Shown here: piece after piece, positions 29,711-40,345 of the stretch
Layout: every line of letters begins with the position of its first letter
Numbering within the stretch: the stretch's first letter is position 1
Assembly: GCA_948470565.1 (NCBI GenBank)
Contig: CAOKPF010000005.1
Coordinates: forward strand, 1-57,669
Direction of reading: 5' to 3'
From: an uncultured Clostridium sp.
GTDB taxonomy: Bacteria; Bacillota; Clostridia; TANB77; CAG-465
Length of the DNA stretch: 57,669 nucleotides
Notes under the pieces: generated by a model
Seen by the model: the letters and a program-made list of their open reading frames with translations, nothing else
What the model was told of the DNA's origin: nothing
Databases searched by the model: none
Position numbers and translations under genes: made by a program

Positions 29711-29810
29711 TGGTGCTAAAATATAGTAGTATTCCGCACAGAATAGGTTTAAAGTATTATAAATACTACCTTAATGGCGAGAGCAAGTTAGATGTTAAGG
29801 AGGAATTTTA
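29711..29810 (+). promoter_or_regulatory. Possible L21 (rplU) ribosomal-protein leader
   Basis: A relatively GC-richer untranslated stretch of about 100 nt lies directly upstream of rplU, where Firmicutes carry the L21 leader. I could not fold or model it. Confidence 0.3.
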
Positions 29811-30155
29811 ATGTACGCAATTGTTGAAATTAGTGGAAAGCAGTACAAAGTTCAGGAAGGTGACATTGTCTTTGTAGATAGACTTGAGACTGAAGAGGGT
29901 AGTGAAATTACTTTCGATAAAGTTTTATTAGTATCTGATGGTGACAAAGTATCTATTGGAACTGATACTGTTAAAGGGGCAAAAGTTAAGGCTACTGTAG
30001 TTGGGCATGGTAAGGCTAAAAAAATCTTAGTGTTTAAATATAAAGCTAAGAAAAATGAAAGAAAGATGAAAGGTCATAGACAACCTTATACTAGAATTCA
30101 AATAGAAAAAATTGAAACTGGTTCAAAATCAAAAAAAGCTGAAAAAGCAGAATAA
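29811..30155 (+). CDS. rplU: 50S ribosomal protein L21 with a Lys-rich C-terminal extension
   Basis: MYAIVEISGKQYKVQEGD. Confidence 0.95.
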   Translation: MYAIVEISGKQYKVQEGDIVFVDRLETEEGSEITFDKVLLVSDGDKVSIGTDTVKGAKVKATVVGHGKAKKILVFKYKAKKNERKMKGHRQPYTRIQIEKIETGSKSKKAEKAE

Positions 30156-30188
30156 TTTATAATTTGAAGTAAAAAGGAGTGAGTAAAA

Positions 30189-30449
30189 TTGGCACATAAA
30201 AAGGGTATGGGTTCTACTAAAAATGGTAGAGATAGTGAATCAAAAAGACTTGGTGCTAAAAGAGCAGATGGACAATTTGTTTTAGCAGGAAATATATTAT
30301 ATAGGCAGAGAGGAACTAAAATACATCCAGGTACAAATGTTGGTATTGGAAAAGATGATACTTTATATGCCAAAGTAGACGGTGTAGTTAAGTTTGAAAG
30401 AAAGGGTAGAAGTGATAAAAAAGTTAGTGTTTATCCAATAAGTGAATAA
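30189..30449 (+). CDS. rpmA: 50S ribosomal protein L27 (no N-terminal propeptide)
   Basis: [25 protein letters not shown] start after AGGAG. An in-frame TGA lies 9 nt upstream. Confidence 0.95.
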   Translation: MAHKKGMGSTKNGRDSESKRLGAKRADGQFVLAGNILYRQRGTKIHPGTNVGIGKDDTLYAKVDGVVKFERKGRSDKKVSVYPISE

Positions 30450-30506
30450 TATTATAATAAAAAAACTGATAAATAGGAATTAATCTTAAATATCAGTTTT
30501 TTGTTG

Positions 30507-31556
30507 TTATTTTTTTACGTATACTGTTTGACTAGGATAAGCAAGTTCAACTTTGCATTGCTCAAGTATAGCCATTATTGCATAGTTTACATCTTCTTTT
30601 ACTTCAAGATAATCACGATATTTTGTGCAGGTTGTAAAAAAGCTTACAAATATATTATTGCCACTGTCTTTTATATCATTAAATCTTACATATATTGAAT
30701 CATCTATACATTTTTCATTTTCAATTAAATATTGTTCAATTATTTGAGAACATTCTTTTAATTTTGAAAGAGGTGTATCAAGTGTTATAAGTAAATCCAT
30801 AGTGATTTTTCTTTTTCTCATCTTTGTAGTGTTTGTAATAGCTTTATCTACAATAGATGAATTTGGAATTGTAACAACGTGATCAGTTGAAGTCCTAAGA
30901 CGGGTACTTCTAAATGTAATATCAATTACTGTTCCTTCAATATCATTTGTTTTAATAAAATCACCTATTACAAAAGGTTTGTCAAATATTATTACGACTC
31001 CTCCAAAGAAGTTTTTTACTGTATCTTGTGCGGCAAGTGAAATTGTAAGACCGCCAATACTAAGACCTGCTACAAGACCACTAATATCGTAGCCAAGCTC
31101 GCTTGTAATAATAAAGCCTGCAAGTAAGTATAATACTATTCTTAATATATTAGAGAGAAAAGCTATTATTGTATCATCTCTATTAAATTTAAATCGATCA
31201 GATAATTTTTTAAACCAATTAGACTGATTACTAATTGCTTTTGATAAACTAATTGTAGTTAAAATTATCATACTTATTCGCAAAATTTTATTTGCAAATT
31301 CTTGCATTTCAGCAGATACATCTAAAAATAATATAGCAATATATGCACCTATTACTGAAAAGAATATTTGTAGAGGACTATAAAAACATATTTTTTTAAT
31401 TTCTTCTTTACTTTTTTTTATAAAAAATATTTTTAATAAGCCATATGCCAAAAATGAACTAAGTATATTAAATGTAAGTAATATTAAAAGTGCAATACTT
31501 ATATGTGCAATATCACCTAGTGTTATGTTTTTTAAAAATGTAATTATTTTATCCAT
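30507..31556 (-). CDS. Mechanosensitive ion channel, MscS family
   Basis: TM region followed by NFFGGVVIIFDKPFVIGDFI and a beta domain. Confidence 0.85.
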   Translation of the reverse strand: MDKIITFLKNITLGDIAHISIALLILLTFNILSSFLAYGLLKIFFIKKSKEEIKKICFYSPLQIFFSVIGAYIAILFLDVSAEMQEFANKILRISMIILTTISLSKAISNQSNWFKKLSDRFKFNRDDTIIAFLSNILRIVLYLLAGFIITSELGYDISGLVAGLSIGGLTISLAAQDTVKNFFGGVVIIFDKPFVIGDFIKTNDIEGTVIDITFRSTRLRTSTDHVVTIPNSSIVDKAITNTTKMRKRKITMDLLITLDTPLSKLKECSQIIEQYLIENEKCIDDSIYVRFNDIKDSGNNIFVSFFTTCTKYRDYLEVKEDVNYAIMAILEQCKVELAYPSQTVYVKK

Positions 31557-31579
31557 AAATTTTCACCTTGTTTTCTATT

Positions 31580-32128
31580 TTATTCATTATTTTCATTATT
31601 TATATTAATATCTACTTGATTATATAAATTATATATCTCATTATAATTTAGTTCTCCTCTGGTTGAGGATAGCAAGTTTCCCTTAGTATCTACTAAATAT
31701 GCACATGGGACAGTATCTGCCTCTGGATCTAAACTTTTTCTAATAATTCTTTGAGAATCATGTATGACAAACCAGTTATAATTGTGTTTATTTAAAAAAT
31801 CTTCAATTTCACTAGTCTCATAGTCATGTGATACAACTATTATATTGTAGTCAGGATTGTCTATCATAATTTTATTTAGTTCTTCTGCTTCGTTATTACA
31901 ATGAGAACACCATGATGCCATTACTATTACTAATGTATTTTCTTTTTTACTTATATAATTTTCAATTAAACTTTCATCAGCTTCATATAATATGTAATTT
32001 TTTCTATTTTTGTATTTTATAGGGTTATCATCAAAAATAAAGAAATAATATCCAATACTTAGTAAAGTTGATACAATAATTAAGCAGATTAATATTATTA
32101 ATACATTTTTTTTCAAATTATTCACCAA
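31580..32128 (-). CDS. Membrane-anchored thioredoxin-fold thiol-disulfide oxidoreductase (TlpA/ResA-like)
   Basis: N-terminal TM segment and the WCSHC active-site motif. Confidence 0.75.
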   Translation of the reverse strand: MVNNLKKNVLIILICLIIVSTLLSIGYYFFIFDDNPIKYKNRKNYILYEADESLIENYISKKENTLVIVMASWCSHCNNEAEELNKIMIDNPDYNIIVVSHDYETSEIEDFLNKHNYNWFVIHDSQRIIRKSLDPEADTVPCAYLVDTKGNLLSSTRGELNYNEIYNLYNQVDININNENNE

Positions 32129-32300
32129 TTACATTATACAACAAAAAAAAAGAAAACACAATAATTTAATTTGAAAAATATATGACTAAGTTTTTACTAT
32201 TATAAATTATATATTAATATATATAAAGAAAAAAGATGCCTAAAATATAAGTTAATTTTAGACATCTAAGGTAGTGTTTAATAGGACAGATATATTGGTT

Positions 32301-34424
32301 TTATCGAGTATATTTATGCACGATGAAATTGTTCTTATCTTCTAATTTTTTTTGTAAATATGAATTAGTGTAACCAATTTCTTCAGCAGCTTTACATATT
32401 TTCTCATAAAAACTTTGAAAATCCCCATATGTACTTGTCATTAATTTATTAGCTGTAATATATCCAGAAGTAAGCACCTGATTAAGACTTCGATTAGCAC
32501 TAATATCAAAATCATTACAAACCATTTCAATATAGCGTTTACAAGAATACCTGTAATTGAACTTAGGTGGTAATATAGTTTTTATTTTTTTGAATGTTAA
32601 TTCTGGGTGTCTTATAGTTCTCATAAAATATACAAAAAGTATATCTTGCATACTTTGCGAATTCATATATAGTATAGATATAAGTGTTTTTGTAAAATCT
32701 CTTTTAAATATATTTTCACTTGTAGTAGAAAATAAAGGTTTTATTACTCTCATTACAAAGTTTTCACTAATTTTATCATTTTTTTCGTAAAGTAAAGGAA
32801 TTTCATAAAATATATTTTCATAATTAATGTATAGATAACGATTGTTAAGTTCTCTAAATGCTTTTTCTATTGAAATATCCTTTACATCAATATCCATAAT
32901 TTCTGCAATAATTTCATCTCTTTTGTTTAATGTAAATTTCTCGATTACCTGCCATATACTAAAGCCAATTTGTTTGCCATATTCATTACTGTATGGTAAG
33001 TTCATAGTTTCATCATATGTACCTATCCTGTAAATTGTGATATCTTTTTGGTTATATATGTCAGTATGTAAGTATGCTTTTTCGTTTAAATGTATGTTCG
33101 TTTTAGCTTCAGATAGGTAAAGATATATAGTACTAAATTTGTTTTTTGATTTATTTTCTTCTACTAATGTTTCAAGAGATTCAATAAATCTATCCGAGGA
33201 ATTTTTCTTAAAATATCCAATTACATCATTTCTATATAAGCTAGTTAGAAGTTCATATAATCCGTCTAACATATTCATATCCATTACCATTTCTTCTTTA
33301 TATGGAAATCTATAAAAAGCTCCATCAAATTCTAAATGAGATATAATAACTGGTACATCTATTGCGGCAGATATATAAATTGGTGTATATAATATCATAG
33401 TATCAAGTATAAATGTAACGCAATGATTATTTAATAGGTTATTTAAAAATTTTTTTGATTTAAATTTATCTTCATGACTATTAATATGATTTAACTTTAT
33501 TTCAAATTTAGTTCCATTTATGGTATTAAAATTTAAGTTGTTATTTAGTGAACTAACTTTAGATTTTCTTTCTGAAAATACATCTATTTGTATATGTATA
33601 TTTATTGTAGAAGATATATTTTTTAGATTTTCATATTTATTAAATGCATCTTCTATGTAAAGAGGCAAATTCTCTTTTAAAAAATCGGAATTTAGCTCAC
33701 CGATAACAGCTACAGTAAAGTTGATATCTTTTACTTTACTTTTATTCTTAACTGTATCTAAGTATTTTGATAATTCATATGCAATTTTTTCTGAAATGTT
33801 TACTTTACTAAGATTAAAAAAGCTAGTAGTATTAGTAAGCTTAGAAATTTGTTTTGCTTGAAATGATAAATGTGTATTTAAATCAGGCTTATCTAAAATA
33901 CTTTCTTCTAGATCAGTGTTAATTTTTGCAGTAAAATACATAAGATTATTTTCATTATCATTCATATAATAACTTAATTTCTCAATTTCATTTATGAAAA
34001 TGTTATTGCAGAAGCCATTAAATAATTTGTCTTTTCTTTCACTTTTTGAAAAACTTTCATAGTCTTTGATTTTTGAAGAAATCTTAACGATAGTATTAAG
34101 CATGAGTGGTGAAAATAATCCTAGTTGTTGACTTTTTTGCTCATAATCTAAAAGTAGTATAGCATTAATAATATCGTATGGCTCAATATTTTGTCGTTCT
34201 GAAAATAATTCAAGAGCTGCGTTAAAATATTTTTCAATGTATTTTTGTATAAGCTTCTCATTTGAAAAGACATTTTCCTGTGTTAGTACTTTTTCTAACT
34301 GTTTCCGACTTTCTAACATGTTTTCTATTTTTGAACTAACTTTTTTTATAGTATCTTCTGGTGCATAACTGTCTTTAAATAATGATAGCTCTTTTTGTAA
34401 CTTTTTTATTGTTGAATTTTCCAT
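32301..34424 (-). CDS. Large hypothetical protein, 707 aa, with no recognisable motif
   Basis: Long uninterrupted ORF with a GGAGG RBS. It forms its own transcription unit. No P-loop, TM segment or nuclease motif was seen. Confidence 0.5.
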   Translation of the reverse strand: MENSTIKKLQKELSLFKDSYAPEDTIKKVSSKIENMLESRKQLEKVLTQENVFSNEKLIQKYIEKYFNAALELFSERQNIEPYDIINAILLLDYEQKSQQLGLFSPLMLNTIVKISSKIKDYESFSKSERKDKLFNGFCNNIFINEIEKLSYYMNDNENNLMYFTAKINTDLEESILDKPDLNTHLSFQAKQISKLTNTTSFFNLSKVNISEKIAYELSKYLDTVKNKSKVKDINFTVAVIGELNSDFLKENLPLYIEDAFNKYENLKNISSTINIHIQIDVFSERKSKVSSLNNNLNFNTINGTKFEIKLNHINSHEDKFKSKKFLNNLLNNHCVTFILDTMILYTPIYISAAIDVPVIISHLEFDGAFYRFPYKEEMVMDMNMLDGLYELLTSLYRNDVIGYFKKNSSDRFIESLETLVEENKSKNKFSTIYLYLSEAKTNIHLNEKAYLHTDIYNQKDITIYRIGTYDETMNLPYSNEYGKQIGFSIWQVIEKFTLNKRDEIIAEIMDIDVKDISIEKAFRELNNRYLYINYENIFYEIPLLYEKNDKISENFVMRVIKPLFSTTSENIFKRDFTKTLISILYMNSQSMQDILFVYFMRTIRHPELTFKKIKTILPPKFNYRYSCKRYIEMVCNDFDISANRSLNQVLTSGYITANKLMTSTYGDFQSFYEKICKAAEEIGYTNSYLQKKLEDKNNFIVHKYTR

Positions 34425-34591
34425 TTGATAATTACCTCCTGTTTCTATATTATAGTATCAGTATTCTATCATATTTATAGTTAAATGTAAATAAAGTTTA
34501 AATTTAATTATAAATATATTAAAAATTTTTTGTATAAAATATCATTTTTAGCAAATATTATTATTAATTGAATTTGAAAGGTGGAATTAAA

Positions 34592-35104
34592 ATGGCAGAA
34601 GCACATCCTATTGAAAGTCTTATGATGACTGCAATGACATCTATTGAAAATATGATAGATGTAAATACAATAATTGGAGATATGGTTACAAGTCCTGATG
34701 GAACAGTAATTATACCTGTTTCAAAAGTTTGTTTTGGTTTTGCAGCTGGTGGAAGCGAATTTAACACAAATAAACTTAATAAATATTCAGATAATACAAA
34801 ATTACCATTTGGTGGTGGTAGTGGAGCAGGAGTAAACATTTCGCCAATGGCATTTCTTGTAGTAAAAGATGGTACAATAAAATTATTAAATTTAGATTCA
34901 AACGGACCTTTAGATAAACTTGTTGATACTGTACCCGATATTGCTAATAAAATTAATTCATTATTGGATAAAAAATTACAAGATTGCAAGGAAGAGAAAA
35001 TGAAGGAAATTGAATGCAGATGTAAACATGATAAAGAAGATATTCAAAAAGAGTTTACTCAATATAGTTCTAGTGGTGTAGTAAAAGAGGAAAATGAAAT
35101 TTAA
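34592..35104 (+). CDS. ytfJ: Sporulation protein YtfJ (GerW family) with a C-terminal extension
   Basis: HPIESLMMTAM...VIIPVSKVCFGFAAGGSEF...LPFGGGSGAGVNISPMAFLVV. The start was moved to ATG 34592, after AAGGTGG. Confidence 0.8.
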   Translation: MAEAHPIESLMMTAMTSIENMIDVNTIIGDMVTSPDGTVIIPVSKVCFGFAAGGSEFNTNKLNKYSDNTKLPFGGGSGAGVNISPMAFLVVKDGTIKLLNLDSNGPLDKLVDTVPDIANKINSLLDKKLQDCKEEKMKEIECRCKHDKEDIQKEFTQYSSSGVVKEENEI

Positions 35105-35291
35105 AATACAAAAAATAGAATATAACATATAAATATAATAGGGTATTTAAATATAATGTTTAGATACTCTATTTATATTTTAATATACAAATAACTGAAT
35201 TAAAAAATTATTTTAATAATAAAATATAGTTATTTTTAAATAGTATCTTTTTTTTTGTTAGTAAGTGTTATATAATAATTTTGGTGATATT

Positions 35292-36908
35292 ATGACAGAT
35301 TATTTAAAAGAAAAAGTATCAAAAATACCATTTGAACCAGGTATATATATGATGAAAGATGAAAATGGAACTATAATATATGTTGGAAAGGCAATATCTC
35401 TAAGAAAAAGGGTAAGACAGTATTTTCAAAAGAATAATAAATCGAAAAGAATTGAAAAAATGGTAACTCTTATAAGAGATATATCGTATATAGTTACAAA
35501 AAATGAAGTAGAAGCTTTAGTACTTGAATGTAATTATATAAAAGAACATAATCCTAAGTTTAATGTAATGTTAAAAGATGATAAAAGTTATCCATATATA
35601 AAAATTACTGTTAAAGAAAAATATCCAACTATAAGTATAACACGTAATAAAAAACAAGATAAGGCGCTATATTTTGGTCCCTATACAAGTGTAGGGGCTA
35701 TGAAAGAAGTGCTTTCTATGATAAGAGAAATATTTCCTGTAAAAAGATGTAAAATAAATTTAGAAAAAAGGAAAAATGTTCAACCATGCTTATATTACCA
35801 TATTGGTAGGTGTGTAGGACCTTGTGTAAATGATATATCATTAGAAGAGTATAGAGAAATGATAAATCAGATTGTATTATTTTTGCAAGGAAAAACAGCT
35901 AGTATTAAAGAAATTTTAAAACAAGATATTGAAAAGTGTATAGAAAAATTGGATTTTGAGAAAGCTCAAATATTAAAATTAAGACTTGATAATATAGAAA
36001 AGATTAGTTTAAAACAAAATGTAGATAATTTAAATGAAGTAAGTTCAGATATTTTTGGCTATGTATTGCATGATGATATTTTATATGTTCAAGTATTTAA
36101 AATTAGAAATTACAAAGTTGTGTTGCATGATAATGTAAAAATAAATGAGGTATCAAAAGATGAAATAGAAGAGTCACTTATGCAAATTGTTTCAAGATAC
36201 TATTTAGAAAGAGAAGATATACCAAAGAAAGTATATATAAAACTAAATGAGGAAAATTTTAGTTTATTAAATAAATTTTTCGAAGATAGGAAGTTAAAAA
36301 TACAAGTAATGTGTCCTAAAAAAGGTGAAAAGTTAAATCTTATTAATATGGTTGAAAATAACATACATATTAACATTGAGGATAGTAAAAATACTGTAAT
36401 AGATGATTTATCTAATTTACTTGAATTTTCGCAAAATATAGATTCAATAGAGTGTTATGACATATCAAATTTAAGAAATGATTATATAGTAGGTTGTATG
36501 ATTAGATTTGAAGATGGAAAGTTAAATAAAAAGATGTATAGAAAGTTTAAAATAAGGAGTACAGAAACGCAAGATGATCCTAAAAGTATGTATGAGGTTA
36601 TTACAAGAAGATTAAAACATTCAGAAGATTGGCCTCTTCCAGATGTAATTTTTATAGATGGTGGAAAAACACAGTTAAATATGGTAAAAAAGGCATTTAA
36701 TGAAAGTAATGAAAATACTAATATATATGGTATGGTAAAAAATGATAAGCATAGGACAAGGGGGCTTATAGATGAAAATGGAAATGAATATGATTTATCA
36801 AATCATAAAAATATATTGAATTTTCTTACTTTTCTTCAAGATGAGGTACATAGATTTACAATTACATATCATAGAAAGTTAAGAGATAGTGTAAAGGATA
36901 AAAAATAA
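35292..36908 (+). CDS. uvrC: Excinuclease ABC subunit C; appears to lack the C-terminal (HhH)2 domain
   Basis: GIY-YIG motif (PGIYMMKD...IYVGKA), a UVR domain and the EndoV-like region (IECYDISN ... FIDGGKTQL). The protein ends shortly after it, at 538 aa. Confidence 0.88.
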   Translation: MTDYLKEKVSKIPFEPGIYMMKDENGTIIYVGKAISLRKRVRQYFQKNNKSKRIEKMVTLIRDISYIVTKNEVEALVLECNYIKEHNPKFNVMLKDDKSYPYIKITVKEKYPTISITRNKKQDKALYFGPYTSVGAMKEVLSMIREIFPVKRCKINLEKRKNVQPCLYYHIGRCVGPCVNDISLEEYREMINQIVLFLQGKTASIKEILKQDIEKCIEKLDFEKAQILKLRLDNIEKISLKQNVDNLNEVSSDIFGYVLHDDILYVQVFKIRNYKVVLHDNVKINEVSKDEIEESLMQIVSRYYLEREDIPKKVYIKLNEENFSLLNKFFEDRKLKIQVMCPKKGEKLNLINMVENNIHINIEDSKNTVIDDLSNLLEFSQNIDSIECYDISNLRNDYIVGCMIRFEDGKLNKKMYRKFKIRSTETQDDPKSMYEVITRRLKHSEDWPLPDVIFIDGGKTQLNMVKKAFNESNENTNIYGMVKNDKHRTRGLIDENGNEYDLSNHKNILNFLTFLQDEVHRFTITYHRKLRDSVKDKK

Positions 36909-37010
36909 TTATGTAGCTCTTATATTACGACAAATTTATTAAAAATTTTGATATATATTGACTATGACTTCAAAAGATAGTATAATTACATTGTCGCAGG
37001 AGGAGTATAA

Positions 37011-38321
37011 ATGAAAAAAGAAAATATAATAAAATTAGTATTTTGTCTAGTAGTAATTATTGCTATTGCATATGTTGCAATATTTGGTATAAATATTTCA
37101 GGTAGACAAATTATAAAAGGTGCAAAATCAATAAAAACTGGCTTAGATATAAGTGGTGGAGTTACAATTGTATATCAAGCGGAGCCTGAAGAAAATACTG
37201 AGGTATCTGAAGCTGATTTATCAAAATCGGAGGCGGTTATTAGAAAAAGGCTTGAGTCAAAGGGAATATTCGATTATATAGTAAGAACTGATAGTGCTAC
37301 AAGTCAAATAAATATTGAGATACCAACAGTTGTAGAAGATAGTTCGAAAGATCCATTAAGTGCAGTAGAGGGGCTTGATAAAACTGCAAAAATTGAATTT
37401 AGAGATCCAGATTCTAATGTATTATTATCTGGAAGTGATATAAAGGGTGCATCATATAGTGAAGATGCAGTTGATGCAACAGGATTACCATCACCACATG
37501 TTGTATTAGCATTTAGTGAAGATGGTGCACAAAAATTTTCAGAGGCAACAGCAAAATTAGTAGGAAAGGCAATTTCGATTTATCTTGATGAAACAGAAAT
37601 TGCAGCCCCTATTGTAAATTCACAAATTAATTCAAATACTGCTATAATTACAATGGGACAAGGTTCGTATTCAGAGAAAAAAGCTCAAGCAAAAGAATAT
37701 TCAATGCTTATAGATTCTGGTGCTTTGCCATTTAACTTGTCAGTAGTAAGTAAAGAATATGTAGGACCGTATGTAGGACAAGAAGCTTTAAATATAAGTA
37801 TAAAGTCTGCTATTATAGCTCTTATATTGGTAATATTATTTATGATTATAATCTATAAAGTTTTAGGTTTAGCTGCATCTTTTTCACTTACAGCATATGC
37901 TTCAATTGTACTTTTAATAATGTCAAATCTTGGGATTAGTCTAACACTATCTGGAATTGCTGGTCTAATTCTTTCAATTGGTATGGCAGTTGATGCAAAT
38001 GTAATTATATTTGAAAGATTTAAAGAAGAGTTAAAACAGCAAAAGATAAGTGTAAAAAAAGGATTTGAAAAGAGTTTTAAAAATGCAATGGCAGCTATTG
38101 TTGATGGAAATATAACTACATTTATAGTTGCAATACTTTTATACATATTTGGTGTAAGTTCTGTAAAAGGATTTGGAATAATTCTGGCTATTGGTGTTGT
38201 AGTAAGCTTATTTACATCGGTTGTAATTACTAAATTCATATTAAAACAAATCATAGATTTGGCAAATAAGAATACCTTCTTATTTGGAATTAAGAAGGAG
38301 GGTGTAGATAATGCAAAATAA
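37011..38321 (+). CDS. secD: Protein translocase subunit SecD
   Basis: KTGLDISGGV and the C-terminal 6-TM block, followed by an overlapping secF. Confidence 0.9.
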   Translation: MKKENIIKLVFCLVVIIAIAYVAIFGINISGRQIIKGAKSIKTGLDISGGVTIVYQAEPEENTEVSEADLSKSEAVIRKRLESKGIFDYIVRTDSATSQINIEIPTVVEDSSKDPLSAVEGLDKTAKIEFRDPDSNVLLSGSDIKGASYSEDAVDATGLPSPHVVLAFSEDGAQKFSEATAKLVGKAISIYLDETEIAAPIVNSQINSNTAIITMGQGSYSEKKAQAKEYSMLIDSGALPFNLSVVSKEYVGPYVGQEALNISIKSAIIALILVILFMIIIYKVLGLAASFSLTAYASIVLLIMSNLGISLTLSGIAGLILSIGMAVDANVIIFERFKEELKQQKISVKKGFEKSFKNAMAAIVDGNITTFIVAILLYIFGVSSVKGFGIILAIGVVVSLFTSVVITKFILKQIIDLANKNTFLFGIKKEGVDNAK

Positions 38322-39216
38322 AATTAATTTTTTAAAGTATAGATATGTTTTTATTATATTTTCACTAGTCATTATTATTGGAGGAATTGCTTATGGACTA
38401 GCAACAGGATATGTATTTGATGTAGATTTTAAAGGTGGTACAAGTATTCAAGTTCAGTTTAATGAAGCAGTTAGTAATAATGACATACAAAATTTAGTAA
38501 AAGAAATTACAGGAGAGATACCAATAGTTCAAAAACTTGGCGCTGATGATACTGCTCTAAAAATTACAACAGGTGTTATATCAAATGAACAAGCTGATAG
38601 TATAGTTAGTGCTTTAAAAGAAAAATATTCTAATATAGAAGAACCATCAGTAAGAAATATACAACCATCATATGGTTCTGAACTTATAAATTCAGCCCTA
38701 CTTGCTATTTGTGTATCAGTTGTATTAATTCTTTTATACATAGGAATAAGGTTTAAAACATTAGGATTTACAGCAGCTGTAACAGCAATCATTGCATTAA
38801 TACATGATGTATTATTTATAATTGCAATATATGGAATTATAAAATTTCCAATAAATTCTAACTTTGTAGCAGTTATTTTAACAATAGTTGGTTACTCAAT
38901 AAATGATACAATTATTGTGTATGATAGAATTAGGGAAAATAGAAGAAAAATAACAAAATCTAATGATTTTAAAGATACTATAAATTTAAGTTTATCACAA
39001 ACAGTAAAAAGAACAGTTAATACATCTATAACAACAGTAGCAACAATTGCAATAGTATATGTATTTTCATATATTAATAATCAAGATGTATTAAAACAAT
39101 TTTCACTACCATTAATGGTTGGCGTTATAGTTGGAACATATTCATCAATGTGTATTGCTACATCATTACTATATGAATTTGATAAACTAGTTAGCAAATT
39201 TAAAAAGAAAAAGTAA
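38311..39216 (+). CDS. secF: Protein translocase subunit SecF
   Basis: DVDFKGGT, INDTIIVYDRIREN. Overlaps secD by 11 nt. Confidence 0.9.
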   Translation: MQNKINFLKYRYVFIIFSLVIIIGGIAYGLATGYVFDVDFKGGTSIQVQFNEAVSNNDIQNLVKEITGEIPIVQKLGADDTALKITTGVISNEQADSIVSALKEKYSNIEEPSVRNIQPSYGSELINSALLAICVSVVLILLYIGIRFKTLGFTAAVTAIIALIHDVLFIIAIYGIIKFPINSNFVAVILTIVGYSINDTIIVYDRIRENRRKITKSNDFKDTINLSLSQTVKRTVNTSITTVATIAIVYVFSYINNQDVLKQFSLPLMVGVIVGTYSSMCIATSLLYEFDKLVSKFKKKK

Positions 39217-39231
39217 AATAGTAAATAGTGG

Positions 39232-39741
39232 GTGTATATTATGAAAAATAAAAAGGTTTTAGTAACAGTTATAATTATAGTTATAGTAGTATCAGTTATA
39301 GCTACGGGTATTGGGATATATTCTCTAGTAAAAGTATTAAGCAAAACTAAAACTTCTATAACAGTTAGTGAATTTAAGGAATTTATGGAAAGCAAAGGAT
39401 ATATGATTAAAGATTCTACTGAAAAATCTGTAGATAATGAAAATTTGTCACAATTATGTGTTGCATATGATGAAAATAACTATCAAATAGAATTTTACGT
39501 ATTTGAAAATGAACAAAGTGCACTAAATTTCTTTACTAATAACAAATCTAATTTTGAAGTACAATCAGGATTAGTTTCAAGCTCATATGCTACTAATATA
39601 AATAATTATAATATATATGCTATAACTACGAATGGAACGTATAGATATTTAGCTAGAGTAGATAATACTGTTATATATGTAGATGAAGATGTTAAGTACA
39701 AGGATAATATAAAAGGAATAGTTGATGAATTAGGATATTAA
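39232..39741 (+). CDS. Hypothetical signal-anchored protein
   Basis: N-terminal TM segment. A terminator hairpin follows at about 39749-39800. Confidence 0.5.
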   Translation: MYIMKNKKVLVTVIIIVIVVSVIATGIGIYSLVKVLSKTKTSITVSEFKEFMESKGYMIKDSTEKSVDNENLSQLCVAYDENNYQIEFYVFENEQSALNFFTNNKSNFEVQSGLVSSSYATNINNYNIYAITTNGTYRYLARVDNTVIYVDEDVKYKDNIKGIVDELGY

Positions 39742-39852
39742 AATAAATAAGGAGTATTTTAAGTAAAAGCATTTGTGATAAAGTACTCCTTAATTTTCTT
39801 GTAAAAATATGGAATTGATGATATAAAATTTGTAATTTTAAGGAGAAAGATT

Positions 39853-40134
39853 ATGAAACATTTTATTATAGTTAAGTTTGATAATACAATAAATGTTAAA
39901 GAAATATTAAAACCAATAGAAGATTTATTTTTAAAATCACTAAATATAGATGGAGTTGATAGTGTTAAAATTTATACTTCAAATACAGATTTATCTAACA
40001 GACATGATTTAATGATAGAAATGAGACTTACCTTGGACGCTTTAAAAACATTTGATAATTCAGAAATACATAAAAAATGGAAAAGTGAATATGGTCAATA
40101 TATTACAGACAAAACGATATTTGATTGTGACTAA
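39853..40134 (+). CDS. Dabb (stress-responsive dimeric alpha/beta-barrel) family protein, copy 1
   Basis: MKHFIIVKF start, about 95 aa, ferredoxin-like pattern. Confidence 0.65.
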   Translation: MKHFIIVKFDNTINVKEILKPIEDLFLKSLNIDGVDSVKIYTSNTDLSNRHDLMIEMRLTLDALKTFDNSEIHKKWKSEYGQYITDKTIFDCD

Positions 40135-40345
40135 ATAATATATAGGGGGTAAACAGTGGATTTAAGAAAATCAAATAATAATTATTAAATAAAATTCCCT
40201 GTTTTACTAATGAATAGTAATGTTTGTTTTAGAAATTACTTCATAATTTTTATCAAAATGCTAGTAAAATACAATTATATATGATATAATTCATTATGTA
40301 ATATATAACTTATCATTTAATTAATATTAAAGGAGGAGAAATATT

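Noticed and set aside
30501-30698. 65-aa plus-strand ORF after rpmA.
   Set aside because: It lies antisense to the 3' end of the MscS-family gene and begins inside the shared terminator.
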